A DNA stretch of 64,000 bases from Chlamydiales bacterium (GTDB taxonomy: Bacteria; Chlamydiota; Chlamydiia; Chlamydiales; JAAZZY01): contig CBDBKM010000011.1 in the NCBI GenBank assembly GCA_965206695.1, positions 394,552 through 458,551 on the forward strand. The letters run 5' to 3'. Positions 62,092 to 64,000 of the stretch are shown here, in pieces (position 1 is the stretch's first letter; each line of letters begins with the position of its first letter). Under the pieces are notes generated by a model, which was not told the origin of the DNA, did no database searches, and saw only the letters and a program-made list of their open reading frames with translations. The position numbers were made by a program, and so were the translations under genes.

Positions 62092-63213
62092 ATGGCTGTT
62101 TTAAAAAGCCTGTATCTTCATAATTTTAGAAACTTTAAAGAAAGCCTCGTCACTTTTTCACCAAATAGAAATGTAATAATTGGTAATAATGGGCAGGGAA
62201 AGACCAATCTTTTAGAAGCCATTTATTTTCTTATTACCGGTCGTTCTTTTCGCACAACTAATCTCCTTAATCTCATCCATTATGACGCCACTTACTTTAA
62301 AATCGAGGCAAGGTTTATTAAGAATGATTTAGAACAACGTTTGCAGATCTATTATAGCTCACAAAAACGCCAATTAATCTATAATCATACTTCATATTCA
62401 TCCTTAATCCATCTCTTAGGGATACTACACGGCACAGTATATACCTCATTTGATAATTACCTTATAAAGGGCTCTCCTGCTACCAGAAGGCATTTTTTAA
62501 ATCTGATGCTAAGTCAGACAGATCCGATTTATATACATCATTTAAAGCGATATGAACGAGCTATGAAGCAACGAAATATTATGCTCCGCCAACAAAAAAT
62601 TAAAGGCATCCAAATTTTTGAACATGAGATGGCTAAACAGGCCTCCCCCATTTTTAAAAAAAGAGTACAGCTGATTTGCGAGTTAGAAATGTTAAGCACT
62701 CTTTATCAAAAACATGTAAATTCGGAACCGGAATCCCTGCAATTAAAATATAAAACACTTCAATCTTTAGACACACAAAGCGATTATTTACAGCATTTTC
62801 AATATCTCTGTGAAAAAAACCGTCAGAAAGAACTTAAGCTGGGATATACCTTATCAGGGCCTCATAAAGATGACTTAGAGATATTGATCAATGATAAGGA
62901 AGCGAAACTTTTTGCATCTGAGGGTCAAAAACAATGTATTTTAATCGCCTTACGTTTAGCCGAATGGAAACAACTGGAAATAAAATCGGGAGAAACCCCG
63001 CTTATGTGTGTGGATGATTTTGGACTGGGGCTTGATCAAATACGTTTGAAACACCAATATCAAACCCTAGAACAACTAGGCCAAGTTTTTATCACCATGC
63101 CCAAAATATCATCCTCAATTTTTCAAGATGATGACCTTCAAACTATTGTTATTGATGCCGGCCAAATTTCAACTTTAAGCAGCAACAGCACCGGATACTC
63201 GATCTTGCCTTAA
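62092..63213 (+). CDS. recF: DNA replication and repair protein RecF
   Basis: Walker A GNNGQGKTN; follows dnaN. Confidence 0.85.
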   Translation: MAVLKSLYLHNFRNFKESLVTFSPNRNVIIGNNGQGKTNLLEAIYFLITGRSFRTTNLLNLIHYDATYFKIEARFIKNDLEQRLQIYYSSQKRQLIYNHTSYSSLIHLLGILHGTVYTSFDNYLIKGSPATRRHFLNLMLSQTDPIYIHHLKRYERAMKQRNIMLRQQKIKGIQIFEHEMAKQASPIFKKRVQLICELEMLSTLYQKHVNSEPESLQLKYKTLQSLDTQSDYLQHFQYLCEKNRQKELKLGYTLSGPHKDDLEILINDKEAKLFASEGQKQCILIALRLAEWKQLEIKSGETPLMCVDDFGLGLDQIRLKHQYQTLEQLGQVFITMPKISSSIFQDDDLQTIVIDAGQISTLSSNSTGYSILP

Positions 63214-63948
63214 CTGCACTGTTCGTTTTCTATCCCGATTGACTTGAGCTTTTTTCATCAATTCTATAGTTTTATTTTGTACATCTTCTCTTTTTTCAGA
63301 TTCAACATGCTTTATAACTTTTATCCTACCTTTTTTAGGCTTCTTAGCTATCTCTATCTCTTGATCTACAAGAACTTCTTCTGCTACTTCACTACAGAGG
63401 GTACGCGGTTTCGGCATATTTTTAGATAGTTCAATACAATCAAAATTATCCCTATCAAACTTGCTATAAAACCCGACTTGACCTAAACAAACAGCGTTAG
63501 CGACACCTAATAAAATCAACGGCACCGCAGGAGCTAGCGGAGTAACTAACATCATTATTAATGCGGCAGTACCAATAGCTGCACCTACAAGCCCTATAAT
63601 ATGCCCGGCAATGTATTTCATTATTTGGTTTTTGCATTTATTGACCAAGCGAATACCTTCATCTAATGCAGACTTTCTTTCCCATTCAAGACGATTGATT
63701 TGCAATTGATTAATAATACGTGGAGTGTTTTTCACTATTTCATTGTATAATTCCTTACCTATACATCTGATCATTCGTCGTTTTTTACGCCGATTGATTG
63801 TATCAATTTCCCGGTTAATTGCTTTAGGTTCCGTATGCTTTTTAAGAACTTCAACCACTTCTTCTTCAGTAATTAAAGTTTCTGTCCTTAAATGCAATAT
63901 AGCTTCTCCTACTGTAGCATAAGGAGATTGAGCTGCTTTAGAATCCAT
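63175..63948 (-). CDS. hypothetical protein with 50-aa bilobed hydrophobic domain (Inc-like)
   Basis: IIGLVGAAIGTAALIMMLVTPLAPAVPLILLGVANAVCLGQVGF. Confidence 0.55.
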   Translation of the reverse strand: MDSKAAQSPYATVGEAILHLRTETLITEEEVVEVLKKHTEPKAINREIDTINRRKKRRMIRCIGKELYNEIVKNTPRIINQLQINRLEWERKSALDEGIRLVNKCKNQIMKYIAGHIIGLVGAAIGTAALIMMLVTPLAPAVPLILLGVANAVCLGQVGFYSKFDRDNFDCIELSKNMPKPRTLCSEVAEEVLVDQEIEIAKKPKKGRIKVIKHVESEKREDVQNKTIELMKKAQVNRDRKRTVQLRQDRVSGAVAA

Positions 63949-64000
63949 AGACTTTTTCAGCCCTGATAAGGCAGTGCAGGCACGTTCTAATTTAATAGAT

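Overview
This 64 kb window is AT-rich and about half of it is mobile DNA, with islands of housekeeping genes between.

Likely source (inference only): a member of Chlamydiae, probably an environmental or amoeba-associated lineage. The pointers are:
- the gene block rpmE-prfA-prmC-ffh-rpsP-trmD-rplS-rnhB, plus smpB/dnaN-recF and sufB-sufC;
- two SET-domain proteins;
- several proteins with Inc-like bilobed hydrophobic domains.

Other ordinary genes: an aconitase-family enzyme, GH1 beta-glucosidase, tpx, rlmN, an LMW protein tyrosine phosphatase, an alanine/glycine:cation symporter, an NfeD-like/flotillin pair, an ArfB-like GGQ protein and a rhomboid-like protein.

Mobile DNA recognised from the sequence:
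- three IS630-family types (type 1: one-ORF, 340 aa; type 2: two-ORF; type 3: degraded);
- two IS30-family types, and a degraded ISAs1-family element in two copies;
- an IS1380-like element, an IS1634-family element, an IS5-family element and an IS256 remnant;
- two IS200/IS605 lineages: an intact TnpB (IS605-A) and a TnpB-B with only TnpA C-terminal remnants (IS605-B);
- several MITE-like families.

Many insertions are nested. The clearest cases are IS630 inside IS30, IS630 inside ISAs1 inside a MITE, IS30 inside IS1380-like, IS630 inside IS630, IS630 inside tnpB and IS30 inside IS200 tnpA. Several junctions can be read to the base.

The most notable non-canonical signals are:
- the IS605-B right end (omega-RNA-like region), present as at least seven copies, most of them orphan;
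- a roughly 80-bp palindrome-ended MITE with 5-bp target-site duplications in all three copies;
- a SET-domain gene with 22-aa Lys/Gly-rich N-terminal repeats, split by an IS insertion.

I found no rRNA, tRNA or CRISPR array. All coordinates at IS ends are approximate to within a few bases.
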